Shown here in pieces: positions 44,149 to 54,234 of a stretch of DNA of 64,000 nt (within the stretch, counting starts at the first letter, position 1; every line of letters begins with the position of its first letter). Under the pieces are notes generated by a model. It ran no database searches. It saw only the letters and a program-made list of their open reading frames with translations, and had not been told where the DNA came from. Location: positions 1,776,752 through 1,840,751 of the forward strand of contig OY762654.1 in assembly GCA_963666205.1 (NCBI GenBank). The letters run 5' to 3'. This stretch comes from Synergistales bacterium (GTDB taxonomy: Bacteria; Synergistota; Synergistia; Synergistales; JAFGMB01). The translations under genes were made by a program, and so were the position numbers.

Positions 44149-45261
44149 TTATTTCAATGTTTCCCTTGCGGCCCTGGTAAGATTGGCAAGACCTTCCTTC
44201 AGGTCCGGGATATGAGGCCATCCGTAACCCACCCTCATGAAGCGGCGGGGCATCTCGAACCAGTGTCCCGGTCCGACGTAGGTTCCGTATTTTTCGTTGA
44301 GGATCCGGTAAAAGTCGTCCATGTCCATATTCAGTCCTGAAGATATCCTCGGGAAACATACGACCCCGCCCGAAGGTTCCACCCATTCGAATTCAGTCTG
44401 GTTTTTCATCCAGTCCCTGATAATCGAGAAGGCTTCAGAAATGTGAAGGTTGTTCGATTTGAGCCATTCTTCCCGGCCCAGAAGGGCTCTGTAGGCAATC
44501 TCCTCGTCCACTACGCTGCCGCAGATACCGATCTGCTCCTTCGCGGAAAGCAGGGTTTCCATAAGTTCACGATCCCTGCAGACTATCCATCCTGTCCTTA
44601 TTCCCGGTATCCCATAGGTTTTTGAAAGGGATGATACACTTATGGCCTTTTTTGACAGGGATGCAGCCACCGGCAGTGGTTCTCCGAAGGTCATTTCCCT
44701 GTATGTCTCGTCCACAAGCAGACGACATCCTTTATGTTCCACCAGATCAATGGTGTTTTCCAGGTCATTTATCGTCATTAACGTACCTGTGGGGTTATGG
44801 GGAGAGGTCAGGCTCACATACTTTGTTTCGGGTCGGATCATGGAAGCTATGCGGCTGGTATCAAGGGCAAAACCTTCTTCAAAGACCAGGTCCAGAAAAC
44901 TGATATCTGCCCCTATGGCCCGGGGAGTTTCTATATTGGTGGAGTAGTTGGGTCTCTCCACAACCAGATGATCCCCCTTTTCGAGAAGGGACGTTGCAAT
45001 GATGAATAGGGCCCCGGCAGCCCCTGCTGTTATCAGTACATCATCTGGAGTAATGTTTTCACCGGATATGCTGGCTATTTTTTCCCTGAGCCCGGGATGG
45101 CCCGCGTGGTCACCGTAGAACAGGGTCATATCCTCCAGGGTAAATCCAAGGTCAGATATCTTTCTGTCTCTGACGGAACTCTCAGTAAGGTTGTAACGGA
45201 TGAGATCATATCCGAGCTGTTCAGGTGATTCCTTTTCAATAGGCATGCGAAGGTATTTCAA
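44149..45261 (-). CDS. class I/II PLP-dependent aminotransferase
   Basis: 370 aa, TTG start after AGGGGGA. TSPHNPTG and SLSKTYGIPGIRTGW (PLP lysine). Confidence 0.8.
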   Translation of the reverse strand: MKYLRMPIEKESPEQLGYDLIRYNLTESSVRDRKISDLGFTLEDMTLFYGDHAGHPGLREKIASISGENITPDDVLITAGAAGALFIIATSLLEKGDHLVVERPNYSTNIETPRAIGADISFLDLVFEEGFALDTSRIASMIRPETKYVSLTSPHNPTGTLMTINDLENTIDLVEHKGCRLLVDETYREMTFGEPLPVAASLSKKAISVSSLSKTYGIPGIRTGWIVCRDRELMETLLSAKEQIGICGSVVDEEIAYRALLGREEWLKSNNLHISEAFSIIRDWMKNQTEFEWVEPSGGVVCFPRISSGLNMDMDDFYRILNEKYGTYVGPGHWFEMPRRFMRVGYGWPHIPDLKEGLANLTRAARETLK

Positions 45262-45290
45262 AGTGAGTCCCCCTTTTCTGTACTGCTATA

Positions 45291-46340
45291 TCAGTATCCG
45301 CAGGTCAATGTCATGAGATCGCTCAGCACTCCATAAGCCGTATCATACAAACTGGGGTCTTCCTGGGTTATCAGTACGGGGCCCATGAGGTCCGTTTCTA
45401 TACGTATCACGGCCCCTCCACCCGTGACGGAATTATAATGGTGTCCGCCAGGAATCTCTTCAACTTTTACGCTTGCCCTGACCTCTTCCTCTTCTCTCCA
45501 TGCCCTGCAGATAAGCTTGAGCCTTTTTCCTGAATCGACAGCTTTTCTCACATCATCAGTGCTCAGGCCGGTAATACCCTTCCTGTCGACGTCGAAAGGT
45601 GTAATTGATGCATCCATGAGGGCATTTGCAAGAACGGATATTTTTGCAGAGGGGTCCCAGCCTTCCAGATCGTGGCGGGGGTCTGCTTCAGCAACTCCTA
45701 TTTCCTGGGCTTCCTTAACAGCACTCTCAAGATCCTGCCCTTCTTCCATCCTGGTGAGGATGTAGTTGGTGGTTGAATTAAGGATCCCGTCAATTCCTTT
45801 AACGGTACATCCTTTCAGGGAACAGCGGGCCATGTTGAAGACGGGAGCGCCATCCATTACGGTGGTCTCGTAGAGAAAGACAGAGCCCTTATTTTCAGCC
45901 AGGGTATTCAGTTCACGAAAGGCGAAGGCCACTGGCCCCTTGTTGGCCGTTATGGCATGGCTGCCTCGCTCCAGGGCTGTCCTTATGTGACTTATGGCTG
46001 GTTCTCCCTTTTTTTCAATGCTAAGGGTAGAAAGTTCAACAAGAACGTCATAGTCAAGGGTACGGGCGGCCTCTATCCCGGTCATGGAAGTGATGTCCGG
46101 GTTTGAAGGAGAAAAGTTTCCCAACTCTTCCACTTCCTCAAGGGCTTTCTGTAGATCGACACCACTCTTTTCATTAACCAGGCTCCCTTTGGATCTCCCT
46201 ATAATACCCACTACTTTGAGATCCAGAGGTGCAAGCCCGGGAAAACTGTTCTTTTCTCTGGTCAGTATACGGGCTACCTGTTGACCCACGTTACCGAAAC
46301 CAATAAACAGGGCTTTAAGGGTTTTTGTGTGTTTATCCAT
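45291..46340 (-). CDS. hom: homoserine dehydrogenase (short form without ACT domain)
   Basis: 349 aa. FIGFGNVGQQVARIL Rossmann motif and a central catalytic domain (ANKGPVA, DGILNSTTNYIL). Confidence 0.75.
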   Translation of the reverse strand: MDKHTKTLKALFIGFGNVGQQVARILTREKNSFPGLAPLDLKVVGIIGRSKGSLVNEKSGVDLQKALEEVEELGNFSPSNPDITSMTGIEAARTLDYDVLVELSTLSIEKKGEPAISHIRTALERGSHAITANKGPVAFAFRELNTLAENKGSVFLYETTVMDGAPVFNMARCSLKGCTVKGIDGILNSTTNYILTRMEEGQDLESAVKEAQEIGVAEADPRHDLEGWDPSAKISVLANALMDASITPFDVDRKGITGLSTDDVRKAVDSGKRLKLICRAWREEEEVRASVKVEEIPGGHHYNSVTGGGAVIRIETDLMGPVLITQEDPSLYDTAYGVLSDLMTLTCGY

Positions 46341-46342
46341 CT

Positions 46343-47587
46343 TTATTCTGATCCTGCAATTTCTTTAACGGTGTTTACCAGGCGTTCCACTTCCTCCATG
46401 GTGTTGTAAAGGGAAACGCCCACCCTTGTCACTCCACCCCTTTCCATAAGGCCGAGGACCTCTATGGGACGCATGGCGTAGAAATGACCGTCCCAGGCAC
46501 AGATACCCTTTTCATTAAGGGCCCTGCACACATCTATGGGATCCATGCCTTCCAGGGTAAAGGAAACGGTAGGAGCCCTTCTCTCTGTTTCGAAGGAAGG
46601 CCCGATGAGGGTAAGGCCCGGAATTTTGCCGAGTCCTGTATATATCTCCCGGGCAAGAAGATGTTCATATTTCCTTATTCGTTCCATCCCGGTTATTATT
46701 TTTTCCCTAAGGGATCCACCCATACCGAAGGTGGCAATATACTCAACTGCTGCCTTGACCCCTTCGATGGCGGCATGATTGAGGGTTCCTGTCTCTATAC
46801 AGTATGGAGCATGCTGTTCCTGGCTTCGGAGGGTATAGACGGGAAGCTGGCCAAGAACACCGTCTTTCGCGTAAAGAATGCCCACGTGGGGGCCATAGAA
46901 TTTATAAGCAGAGCAGACCAGGAAATCCACGCCCAGGGATGTTACGTCAATGGGGAAGTGTGGGGCATAATGAACTGCATCCACCAGAAGCCATGCTCCT
47001 ACTTCATAGGTCAGTTTTCTTATTAGGGCAATATCGTTTACTGTACCAATCGCATTGGACGAAAAACCAACCGCCACCAGGCGGGTGTTCTCGTTGATCT
47101 TTTCCCGAAGATCGTCATAATCCAGAGTACCTTCGGGGGTGATCCCTATCTCTCTAACCTCAATGTCCAGCTCTCGAAGGGCAAGCCAGGGACCCCTGTT
47201 AGCCTCATGATCCAGCTGGGTTACCAGTATTTCGTCGCCAGGCTGAAAAAATCTTCCCATGGCCCGGCTCAGGGTGAAATTAAGGGTGGTCATGTTGTGT
47301 CCGAAGGAAATGTTCTTCCCGCTTCCAGCTCCTAGAAAAGCTGCTACAACTTCCCGGGTATCCTCGATCATCTGGTCTGATTCATTTGTGGTTACAAAAA
47401 AACCATGGGTGTTCGAATTATGGGTGGTGTAATAATGGCTCACTCCGTCGATCACTGCCTGTGGGACCTGTGTGCCTCCCGGACCGTCAAAATAGGCCAG
47501 GGGATAATCGTTGTGGGTCCTTGCCAGGGATGGAAATTCCTCTCTTCTTCCCCATACGTCCTTGTAATCCTGAAACCAGTTATCCAT
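46343..47587 (-). CDS. class V-fold PLP enzyme (cysteine desulfurase / SufS-like family, function unassigned)
   Basis: 414 aa. HEANRGPW, LLVDAVHYAPH and SAYKFYGPHVG (PLP lysine). Confidence 0.8.
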   Translation of the reverse strand: MDNWFQDYKDVWGRREEFPSLARTHNDYPLAYFDGPGGTQVPQAVIDGVSHYYTTHNSNTHGFFVTTNESDQMIEDTREVVAAFLGAGSGKNISFGHNMTTLNFTLSRAMGRFFQPGDEILVTQLDHEANRGPWLALRELDIEVREIGITPEGTLDYDDLREKINENTRLVAVGFSSNAIGTVNDIALIRKLTYEVGAWLLVDAVHYAPHFPIDVTSLGVDFLVCSAYKFYGPHVGILYAKDGVLGQLPVYTLRSQEQHAPYCIETGTLNHAAIEGVKAAVEYIATFGMGGSLREKIITGMERIRKYEHLLAREIYTGLGKIPGLTLIGPSFETERRAPTVSFTLEGMDPIDVCRALNEKGICAWDGHFYAMRPIEVLGLMERGGVTRVGVSLYNTMEEVERLVNTVKEIAGSE

Positions 47588-47683
47588 TCAGATTCCTCCC
47601 CGTAGAATAGTGTTTGAAAAAAGCGATAATTCAGATGCCTCTACTTTTATAACACATCAGGGGAATTATGAGGGTAAATCTCA

Positions 47684-47732
47684 TTAAAAAAGGGCTGGAA
47701 CAGTGGTAACTTCAATGCCCACTTTCCAGCCC
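47684..47732 (-). terminator. rho-independent terminator after the aldolase gene
   Basis: GGGCTGGAA (47692-47700) pairs with TTCCAGCCC (47724-47732). On the minus strand the stem is followed by TTTTTTAAT. Confidence 0.65.
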
Positions 47733-47784
47733 CGCTTAATTACTGGATTGATGAAGTCCACACCTGATATTTCCAGGAAGGATA

Positions 47785-48768
47785 TCAATTCAATTTTTTT
47801 GCAGAGGATCGGATCAGTTCCTCTGAAGGATTGCTTTTTTCTTTTTTTGAAACTTCTACGATCAGTTGTTTAAGATCCACCTTTTCTTCTTCAGCTATTG
47901 ATCTGAAAAGAGGTAAAAAATTTGAATGAAATCCTGCAAATCCAAAGGTCAGATCAAGGGGCGTAATTCCGCTTTTGGGCGCAAAAACCGGTAAGAGGTC
48001 TTTTTCTATGAACCTGAACAGGGTATAAATATCAACATTCTCCAGATGGCCTGTTCTTTTCAAAGCTGCTACCAGCACTTCTGTCGGAGCATTTCCTGCA
48101 CTTCGTGCAAGTCCCATAAGACTGCAGTCAAGGGAGAAGGCTCCTTCCCGGTATGCAGCAAGGGCGTTGGCAACAGAAAGCCCCATATTATTGTGGCCAT
48201 GGAATCCTACCGGAATTGTAACGGCATTCACCATGGTCTTTACGTAGGATCCTGTTTCTTCAGGAAGCATGTATCCTGCAGAGTCCATAATTGTTACACC
48301 CTGGGCACCGTAGGATTCCACTTTTCTTGCATCCTCCGCAAGTTTCCGGCTGTCAAGGGCATAAGCTTTCATAAGGCTGTAGCGTACTTCCAAACCCAGG
48401 TTTCGGGCCTTGTTTATGACCTCTTCAGACTGTTCAACTTCGCCTGCGTTCGTTCCAATCCGCAGGAAACCCAGTTTGTATCCGGCAGCCAGTTCAAGAT
48501 CTTCATCTCTTACAAATCTTGGCTGACAGAACATTCCCAGGTTTGCCTCGGAAAGATATGGTGATATGCATTCCAGGTATTCAGTATCAGAGGCCGAAGC
48601 CATTTTAGGACTTGTGAAATTGCCCCCTATACTGGAACTGTGTCCAAGTTCTATGGTTTTGATTCCAGAGGAGATAAGGCCTTTTACTACCTTTTCTGTT
48701 ATCTCAAGGTCAAATCCAGCTCCAATAATATTTGCGCCATCACGAAGAGTACAATCGAGTAACTCCAT
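47785..48768 (-). CDS. HMGL-like / DmpG-type 4-hydroxy-2-oxoacid aldolase
   Basis: 327 aa. LDCTLRDGAN N-terminus and FHGHNNMGLSVANALAAYREGAFSLDCSLMGLARSAGNAPTEVLVAAL, close to the DmpG/BphI metal-binding region. Confidence 0.8.
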   Translation of the reverse strand: MELLDCTLRDGANIIGAGFDLEITEKVVKGLISSGIKTIELGHSSSIGGNFTSPKMASASDTEYLECISPYLSEANLGMFCQPRFVRDEDLELAAGYKLGFLRIGTNAGEVEQSEEVINKARNLGLEVRYSLMKAYALDSRKLAEDARKVESYGAQGVTIMDSAGYMLPEETGSYVKTMVNAVTIPVGFHGHNNMGLSVANALAAYREGAFSLDCSLMGLARSAGNAPTEVLVAALKRTGHLENVDIYTLFRFIEKDLLPVFAPKSGITPLDLTFGFAGFHSNFLPLFRSIAEEEKVDLKQLIVEVSKKEKSNPSEELIRSSAKKLN

Positions 48769-48804
48769 CTGATAAATGTCAACTCCTTCAAATAACCGGT
48801 GATC

Positions 48805-50322
48805 TTAAGTTTTCATGTTACGTGCCTGATCTGATGTTCTTATCCTTGACTTTTTAATCTCCTTGTAAAGAGGAAAGAAGACGGATAGCACGATAAGCAC
48901 TATTATTGCCAGAGACAAAGGTCTCTGGAAAAAGGGAATAAAACTTCCATGGAACAGGATAAGAGACCGCCTCAGTTCGGCTTCAGCCATGGGGCCAAGA
49001 ATAAGGGCAAGGACTATTGGTGCTGGGGAGAAATCGTACCTTTCCATAAGGTATCCCAGGATGCCGAATCCGAACAAAAGCCCGACATCAAACAGATTGT
49101 TCCTGATAGCAAAGGATCCTATCACGCTCAATACACAGATAACCGGTGCCAGGATCCTTGTGGGGGTCTTTATGACCTTTACAAAATATTTAGCAAAGGC
49201 TATTCCGATGATAAAGAACATGATGTTGGCAATAAAAAGAGAAAGTATAAGGGTATAGGTTATGTCTGCATATTTTATAAAAAGGTTTGGCCCTGGGATC
49301 AGGCCATGAATGGTAAGGCCCCCTATGAAAACTGCAGTTACCGCATTGCCAGGGATCCCCAGGGTAAGAGCAGGCACAAGAGAGCCTCCAGTGACAGCGT
49401 TATTTGCCGCTTCTGAGGCGGCAACTCCTTCGGGGTTTCCCTTGCCGAAACTCTCAGGTTCTTTAGAAGCTCTTCTGGCTTCGTTATAACTTATGAAAGA
49501 AGCTATGCTTGTGCCGGCTCCAGGCATTATTCCCACAATGGTACCTATAACTGACGATCTGATGGTAGTAACCCAGGTTCTGGACATATCAGCCAGGGTA
49601 GGTAGGACCCTGTCTGAAAAGGAGACATCTTTTTTTACGATGGAGGACTCCTTTGAGATGGCAATTTTTATAGCCTGGGAAAGGGAAAAAAGACCTATTA
49701 ATGCTGGAAGGATCGGAATTCCATCAAGCAGGGAATCAGAATTGAAGATAAACCTTGGATAGCCGGTAAAACTGTCCATCCCTACTGTTGCTATCAGGAG
49801 TCCGAAAACTCCTGAAATGAGTCCGTTAAGATAGGAATTGGATGAAACGCTGATAATGATTGAAAGACCGAAAATGGCCACCAGGAAATATTCGGGGGGG
49901 CCGAACTTCAACGCTATCTTTGCCAGGAGGGGTGCTATCAGGAGAAGAGCGACGGTACTTATAATTCCTCCGATAAAGGAAGCTGTTGTTGATATCCCGA
50001 TGGCCTTACCTCCAAGCCCCTGCTGTGTCATTGGGAAACCGTCAAAAGTTGTAGCGATAGAGGCATCGGTTCCAGGGGTTCGGAGAAGAATGGCTGTAAT
50101 AGATCCGCCGTAGACAGAACTGCAATATATGGCTCCAAGAAGGATCAATCCGGTTTTTGGATCCATCCCGAAGGTAAGGGGAATAGCAAGGGCAACCCCC
50201 ATGGTTGAAGAAAGGCCTGGTAGTGCTCCTATAACAAGCCCTGCTACCGTACCAAGAAACAGGACTAGGAAGGAATGGGGGGTAAAAACATATCCGAGAG
50301 CTATTGCTAAATGGTCAAGCAT
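48805..50322 (-). CDS. tctA: tripartite tricarboxylate transporter large permease (TctA family), second copy
   Basis: 505 aa. GALPGLSSTMGVALAIP and IMPGAGTSIASFISYNEARR. Confidence 0.85.
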   Translation of the reverse strand: MLDHLAIALGYVFTPHSFLVLFLGTVAGLVIGALPGLSSTMGVALAIPLTFGMDPKTGLILLGAIYCSSVYGGSITAILLRTPGTDASIATTFDGFPMTQQGLGGKAIGISTTASFIGGIISTVALLLIAPLLAKIALKFGPPEYFLVAIFGLSIIISVSSNSYLNGLISGVFGLLIATVGMDSFTGYPRFIFNSDSLLDGIPILPALIGLFSLSQAIKIAISKESSIVKKDVSFSDRVLPTLADMSRTWVTTIRSSVIGTIVGIMPGAGTSIASFISYNEARRASKEPESFGKGNPEGVAASEAANNAVTGGSLVPALTLGIPGNAVTAVFIGGLTIHGLIPGPNLFIKYADITYTLILSLFIANIMFFIIGIAFAKYFVKVIKTPTRILAPVICVLSVIGSFAIRNNLFDVGLLFGFGILGYLMERYDFSPAPIVLALILGPMAEAELRRSLILFHGSFIPFFQRPLSLAIIVLIVLSVFFPLYKEIKKSRIRTSDQARNMKT

Positions 50323-50346
50323 GGTAGTTCACCTCTAAATCCACCT

Positions 50347-50775
50347 TTAGAAAAGTAGTCCTCTGGGGATGGGTATATGGAGCATAAGGTCGAAGAAAGT
50401 GTATATCAATCCCGTTGTTGAAAGGGAAATTATAATGACAGTTATGGTTTTGGCTGCTTTAAGCATAAACATGAATGACAGCAGGAAAATCAGTGTGGAA
50501 CTGTAAAATCCCAGAAAACGTACAAGTATTATGTAAAGAAGAATAGAAGCAGTGACCATGAAAAACTTGCTGTAAGACGCATGTTCACCGGTCTCTTTTT
50601 CTGTCTTGTTGTTTTTCAATGATCTCTTAATGAGGAACATTGAAAGAAAGATCAGCAGGGCGGAATAAACAGTTGGCATTACCCTGGATTCCTTCGGATA
50701 TTCCTGGGCTGCTACTATTGCTGCAACACCGCATATAATCAAAATGGCCGCTATCAATAAATCCCGTTTCTTCAT
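50347..50775 (-). CDS. tctB: tripartite tricarboxylate transporter small subunit (TctB family), second copy
   Basis: 142 aa with four hydrophobic helices. It sits between tctC and tctA. Confidence 0.75.
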   Translation of the reverse strand: MKKRDLLIAAILIICGVAAIVAAQEYPKESRVMPTVYSALLIFLSMFLIKRSLKNNKTEKETGEHASYSKFFMVTASILLYIILVRFLGFYSSTLIFLLSFMFMLKAAKTITVIIISLSTTGLIYTFFDLMLHIPIPRGLLF

Positions 50776-50800
50776 CCTTAAAACCCCTTTTGTATCAGAG

Positions 50801-50823
50801 GGGCAGGGGAATACCCCCTGCCC
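50801..50823 (-). other. GC-rich hairpin between tctC and tctB (second locus)
   Basis: GGGCAGGGG (50801-50809) pairs with CCCCTGCCC (50815-50823). No clear U-tract. Confidence 0.4.
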
Positions 50824-50834
50824 GCTGTTAATAG

Positions 50835-51815
50835 CTATTTCTTGATCCAGGGATCTGCTTCCCAGAGACCCTTCCAGAATTCATGCTGTTCCAGAAGGAA
50901 TTTGCCGTAATCGTCACCGGCCATGAAATCGAGAGGCATGTTAAGTTTTTTAAGCTCCGCGAGGTATGTCGGGTCACTGGCGATCTTTGTCATTGCATTG
51001 ATAAGAACTTCAAGCTGTTCCTTTGCCATATCCTTAGGGGCCGCAAATCCCCTGGAGGAAGCCTGAAGGACGGTGAAACCAAGTTCCGGGAAGGTGGGTA
51101 CATCGGCAACTTCAGGAGACCTCTTGCTGTTCTCTACTGCCAGTCCGCGAAGCTGACCGTTCTGTATCATGTCTGCTACTTCGGAGACGTTTACTGCCAT
51201 TGCGTCAATATGACCTCCCATCAAAGCTGCCTTTGCAGGAGCATCACCATCGAAGGGCACGCCGTTCAGGGTTATGCCAGCTTCCTTTTCGAAAGCAAGG
51301 ATTCCCAGATGATCGCCGCCGCCTTTGCCTTCATGGGAGATGGATATCTTGCCAGGATTCTTTTTTGCATCATCGATAAGGTCCTGAAGTGTTTTGTAAG
51401 GGCTGTCAGCTCCGACACAGATTATGCCGGGGTCTGTAACTACATTTGCAATGGGGGCAAAATCAGTGATCCTGTACCTTACGACTTTAGGTCTTGTGAT
51501 AGGATTAACCACTACCGGAGATACATTGATAAGTCCAATGGTGTAGCCATCCGCTTTTGCTTTGGCAAGGGCAGTGAAACCTATATCTCCGCCTGAACCG
51601 TCCTTATTTACTACGACAAAGGGCTGACCCAGTTCTGCTTCAAGATATTTGGCGGTAATTCGTGCGAGTGTATCAGTGCTGCCGCCTGGAGCGTAAGCCA
51701 CTACCATTGTTACTGCTTTGGAGGGATAGTCACCTGCGAAAGATATTCCAAAGGCCAATGCAAGGCAAACAAGGGCCATCATGGTTATCATGCAAAACTT
51801 TCTGGATCTGGACAT
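50835..51815 (-). CDS. tctC: tripartite tricarboxylate transporter substrate-binding protein (Bug/TctC family), second copy
   Basis: ORF track 50835..51857. The ATG at 51815 lies 9 nt after AGGAGG and gives a signal peptide MSRSRKFCMITMMALVCLALAFG. YAPGGSTDTLAR motif. Confidence 0.85.
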   Translation of the reverse strand: MSRSRKFCMITMMALVCLALAFGISFAGDYPSKAVTMVVAYAPGGSTDTLARITAKYLEAELGQPFVVVNKDGSGGDIGFTALAKAKADGYTIGLINVSPVVVNPITRPKVVRYRITDFAPIANVVTDPGIICVGADSPYKTLQDLIDDAKKNPGKISISHEGKGGGDHLGILAFEKEAGITLNGVPFDGDAPAKAALMGGHIDAMAVNVSEVADMIQNGQLRGLAVENSKRSPEVADVPTFPELGFTVLQASSRGFAAPKDMAKEQLEVLINAMTKIASDPTYLAELKKLNMPLDFMAGDDYGKFLLEQHEFWKGLWEADPWIKK

Positions 51816-51992
51816 TCTTTTACACCTCCTGAGAATTATTACAAAAATCTTTTTCATACAGGAATCTGATCAGACCATTCCTCATTGGCCAGCCGTTCCT
51901 GCGATAAAACCGCTTCTCCTCTATGATTCTGCAACAAATAAAGCACCTTTACTCACTACCACCTCCTAAACGCTATATGGACTCCAATTGTT

Positions 51993-53195
51993 TCAATTTT
52001 CCATTTCTGAAAGGAATTCCTTCAGTCGTGACATCCCTTCAATAATATTTTCATCTGATACAGAGTAGGCGATCCTGAAAAACCCCGGCATAAGAAAAGC
52101 GGTACCCGGTACGAGGGCTATGTTTTTTGAATCCAGCAGTATCTCGCAGAATGCTATATCGTCGGTGATCTTCGCGTCTTTGAATTTCATTCCCTGGCAT
52201 TTCTTTATGTTTACAAATACATAAAAGGCACCATCCGGAGGGGTATAACTGATCAAAGGCATTTCATCCAGTAGTCCAAGGATAAGATGTCTTCTTCGCT
52301 CAAAATTCTGTCTCATCCATTCAACATCGGACTGAGCTTCTTTTAGAGCTCCAAGGGCTGCCCATTGAGATATGGTGCTGGTATTGGATGTCAGGTGGCT
52401 CTGGAATGAGACGATCTTTTCCATAAGTTCTTTCGGACCCAGGGCAAAACCAAGTCTCCAGCCTGTCATTGCATAGCTCTTGCTGGCTCCGTTGATATTG
52501 ATGACATGTTCCCGGGCTTCAGGTGCAGCCTGCAGGATCTGACAATATTTTCTATTGCCGAAAACCAGTCTTTCATAGACTTCATCGTTGATAATCAGGA
52601 GATCCCTATCCATTGCCAGGTGGGCAAGATCTTTGAGAAAATTGGCGGTGTAGACAACCCCTGTAGGGTTATTGGGCGAGTTTATTATGATGGCCACTGT
52701 ATTGATGTTTATTTTTTCATTTATGGCTTCTATTGTGGGAACAAAGTCAGTATTTTCTGTATTCACTATTACGGGAATGCCGTCGAAAAGTCTGATCTGT
52801 TCAACATAGCTTACCCATGCCGGAGCAATAACTATTACTTCTTTTGCCTCTTCCACAATACATCCCAGTGCCTCATAAAGAAGTTGCTTTGCTCCTGTTC
52901 CTATAACTACTTCCGAGACAGGATAGGATATGTCGAAACGGGATCTGTAATAATCTGCAACAGCCTGTTTAAGTTCATTAATTCCGCTTGTAGAGGTATA
53001 GTGGGTATGTCCGTCATCCATAGCCTTCTTTGCATATTCAAGAGCTGGTTTGGGAGAAGTGTAGTCAGGTTCCCCCGTAGAAAAAGAGATTACCGGGTAA
53101 CCCTGTTCCTTTTTAAGCCGTGCCTTACTTGCCATGGCCGTTGTGGCTGATGGTTCCATCCTTTCGATCCTTGAAGTGAACTTCAATAAAGACAC
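51993..53195 (-). CDS. class I aminotransferase (aspartate aminotransferase-like)
   Basis: 400 aa. SFSTGEPDYTSP, NSPNNPTG and GASKSYAMTGWRLGF. Confidence 0.85.
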   Translation of the reverse strand: MSLLKFTSRIERMEPSATTAMASKARLKKEQGYPVISFSTGEPDYTSPKPALEYAKKAMDDGHTHYTSTSGINELKQAVADYYRSRFDISYPVSEVVIGTGAKQLLYEALGCIVEEAKEVIVIAPAWVSYVEQIRLFDGIPVIVNTENTDFVPTIEAINEKININTVAIIINSPNNPTGVVYTANFLKDLAHLAMDRDLLIINDEVYERLVFGNRKYCQILQAAPEAREHVININGASKSYAMTGWRLGFALGPKELMEKIVSFQSHLTSNTSTISQWAALGALKEAQSDVEWMRQNFERRRHLILGLLDEMPLISYTPPDGAFYVFVNIKKCQGMKFKDAKITDDIAFCEILLDSKNIALVPGTAFLMPGFFRIAYSVSDENIIEGMSRLKEFLSEMEN

Positions 53196-53220
53196 GCTCC
53201 TTTAACTGACTGTTAAAATC

Positions 53221-54066
53221 TTATTCATCTGTGTCCATAAGTATGTTCCAGCGTTTACATATCTCGCTATTTTTCCCTACCCGTTGAAGAGCTTCTGTTT
53301 TATTGGCCAGGGCCACCCCTGTAGCCAGGGCGTTCAGTACAGCATTTGCTGCAACGGTGGAATTAAAGAAACTCTGACTTTCATATTCTGTGGGTATTAC
53401 AACATCGGCCATAAGGCCCACCGGAGAAAGAGCTCCATCGGTAATGGCTATGATCCTGCATCCCAGCCTTTCTGCTTCTTCCACGATTGATACGGTAAAC
53501 TTTGCATATCGGGGGAAGCAGATAGCAACCATTACATCCGCGGAGGTCATTCTCAGGAGTTGTTCGGGATATCTTCCTTCATTCAGTGTTATAAGGTTTA
53601 CACCTCCCCGGACCTGTTCAAGGACAAGGCTGAAAAACGATGCAGCACCGTATTGAGTCCTCATGCCTGCTACATTAACCTCTCTGGCCTCGCAGAGGAG
53701 TTTTACTGCCTGGTTGAAGGTTTTTTCGGAGATCCTCTCTGCAGTCATCTTTATATTCTCAATATCTTTAGAAAGGGATTCCCTGAAGCCAAAACTTCCC
53801 TCTGATATGGATGCCCTCTCGAGTCTTTCACTGGGAAGAAGGCGTTGTTTCAGAAACACCCTGACTTCTTCCTGCATTTCAGGAAAACCCCTGTATCCCA
53901 TTTCCGCTGCTGCCCTGGATACTGTCGAAGCGCTCACTCCCACGCTGCTGGCAAGTTCATCAATAGTCATAAAAGCCACCGTATCCGGATTGGAAAGAGT
54001 GAAAACAGCAACTTCCTGTTTGGCCCCACTCAGGTTTTTGCAGGCTTTCTTGATTTTATTCAGCAT
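53221..54066 (-). CDS. MurR/RpiR family transcriptional regulator (HTH + SIS domain)
   Basis: 281 aa. MTIDELASSVGVSASTVSRAAAEMGYRGFPEMQ is an HTH. A C-terminal SIS-like domain is present. Confidence 0.85.
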   Translation of the reverse strand: MLNKIKKACKNLSGAKQEVAVFTLSNPDTVAFMTIDELASSVGVSASTVSRAAAEMGYRGFPEMQEEVRVFLKQRLLPSERLERASISEGSFGFRESLSKDIENIKMTAERISEKTFNQAVKLLCEAREVNVAGMRTQYGAASFFSLVLEQVRGGVNLITLNEGRYPEQLLRMTSADVMVAICFPRYAKFTVSIVEEAERLGCRIIAITDGALSPVGLMADVVIPTEYESQSFFNSTVAANAVLNALATGVALANKTEALQRVGKNSEICKRWNILMDTDE

Positions 54067-54096
54067 CTACGGTATCCCCCTTGAAGAGTTGGAAAT

Positions 54097-54125
54097 ATTG
54101 TACCAAGTATAAAGATATGTTGCAA
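54097..54125 (-). promoter_or_regulatory. sigma70-type promoter of the rpiR-led operon
   Basis: Minus strand reads TTGCAA (54125-54120), a 17-nt spacer, then TACAAT (54102-54097). Confidence 0.55.
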
Positions 54126-54137
54126 ATATTTTTTCAT

Positions 54138-54149
54138 TTGTATATACAA
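54138..54149. promoter_or_regulatory. perfect 12-bp palindrome upstream of the rpiR promoter
   Basis: TTGTATATACAA lies 12 nt upstream of the -35 element on the minus strand. Confidence 0.35.
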
Positions 54150-54167
54150 TTACCAAATTGCCAGTAT

Positions 54168-54192
54168 AGAAAAGGGGGGCATTACGCCCCGC
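54168..54192 (-). terminator. terminator after the isochorismatase-family gene
   Basis: Minus strand reads GGGGC-GTAAT-GCCCC followed by CCTTTTCT (plus-strand coordinates 54176-54190). Confidence 0.45.
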
Positions 54193-54234
54193 CAGGAAAA
54201 GTTCCTGTTACTTAAGCTCAAAATAGTCTTGTTT

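Noticed and set aside
6213-46340. thrC-like (6213) and hom (45291), considered as parts of a threonine biosynthesis operon.
   Set aside because: They lie about 38 kb apart on opposite strands in unrelated operons, and no thrB is present. They are treated independently.
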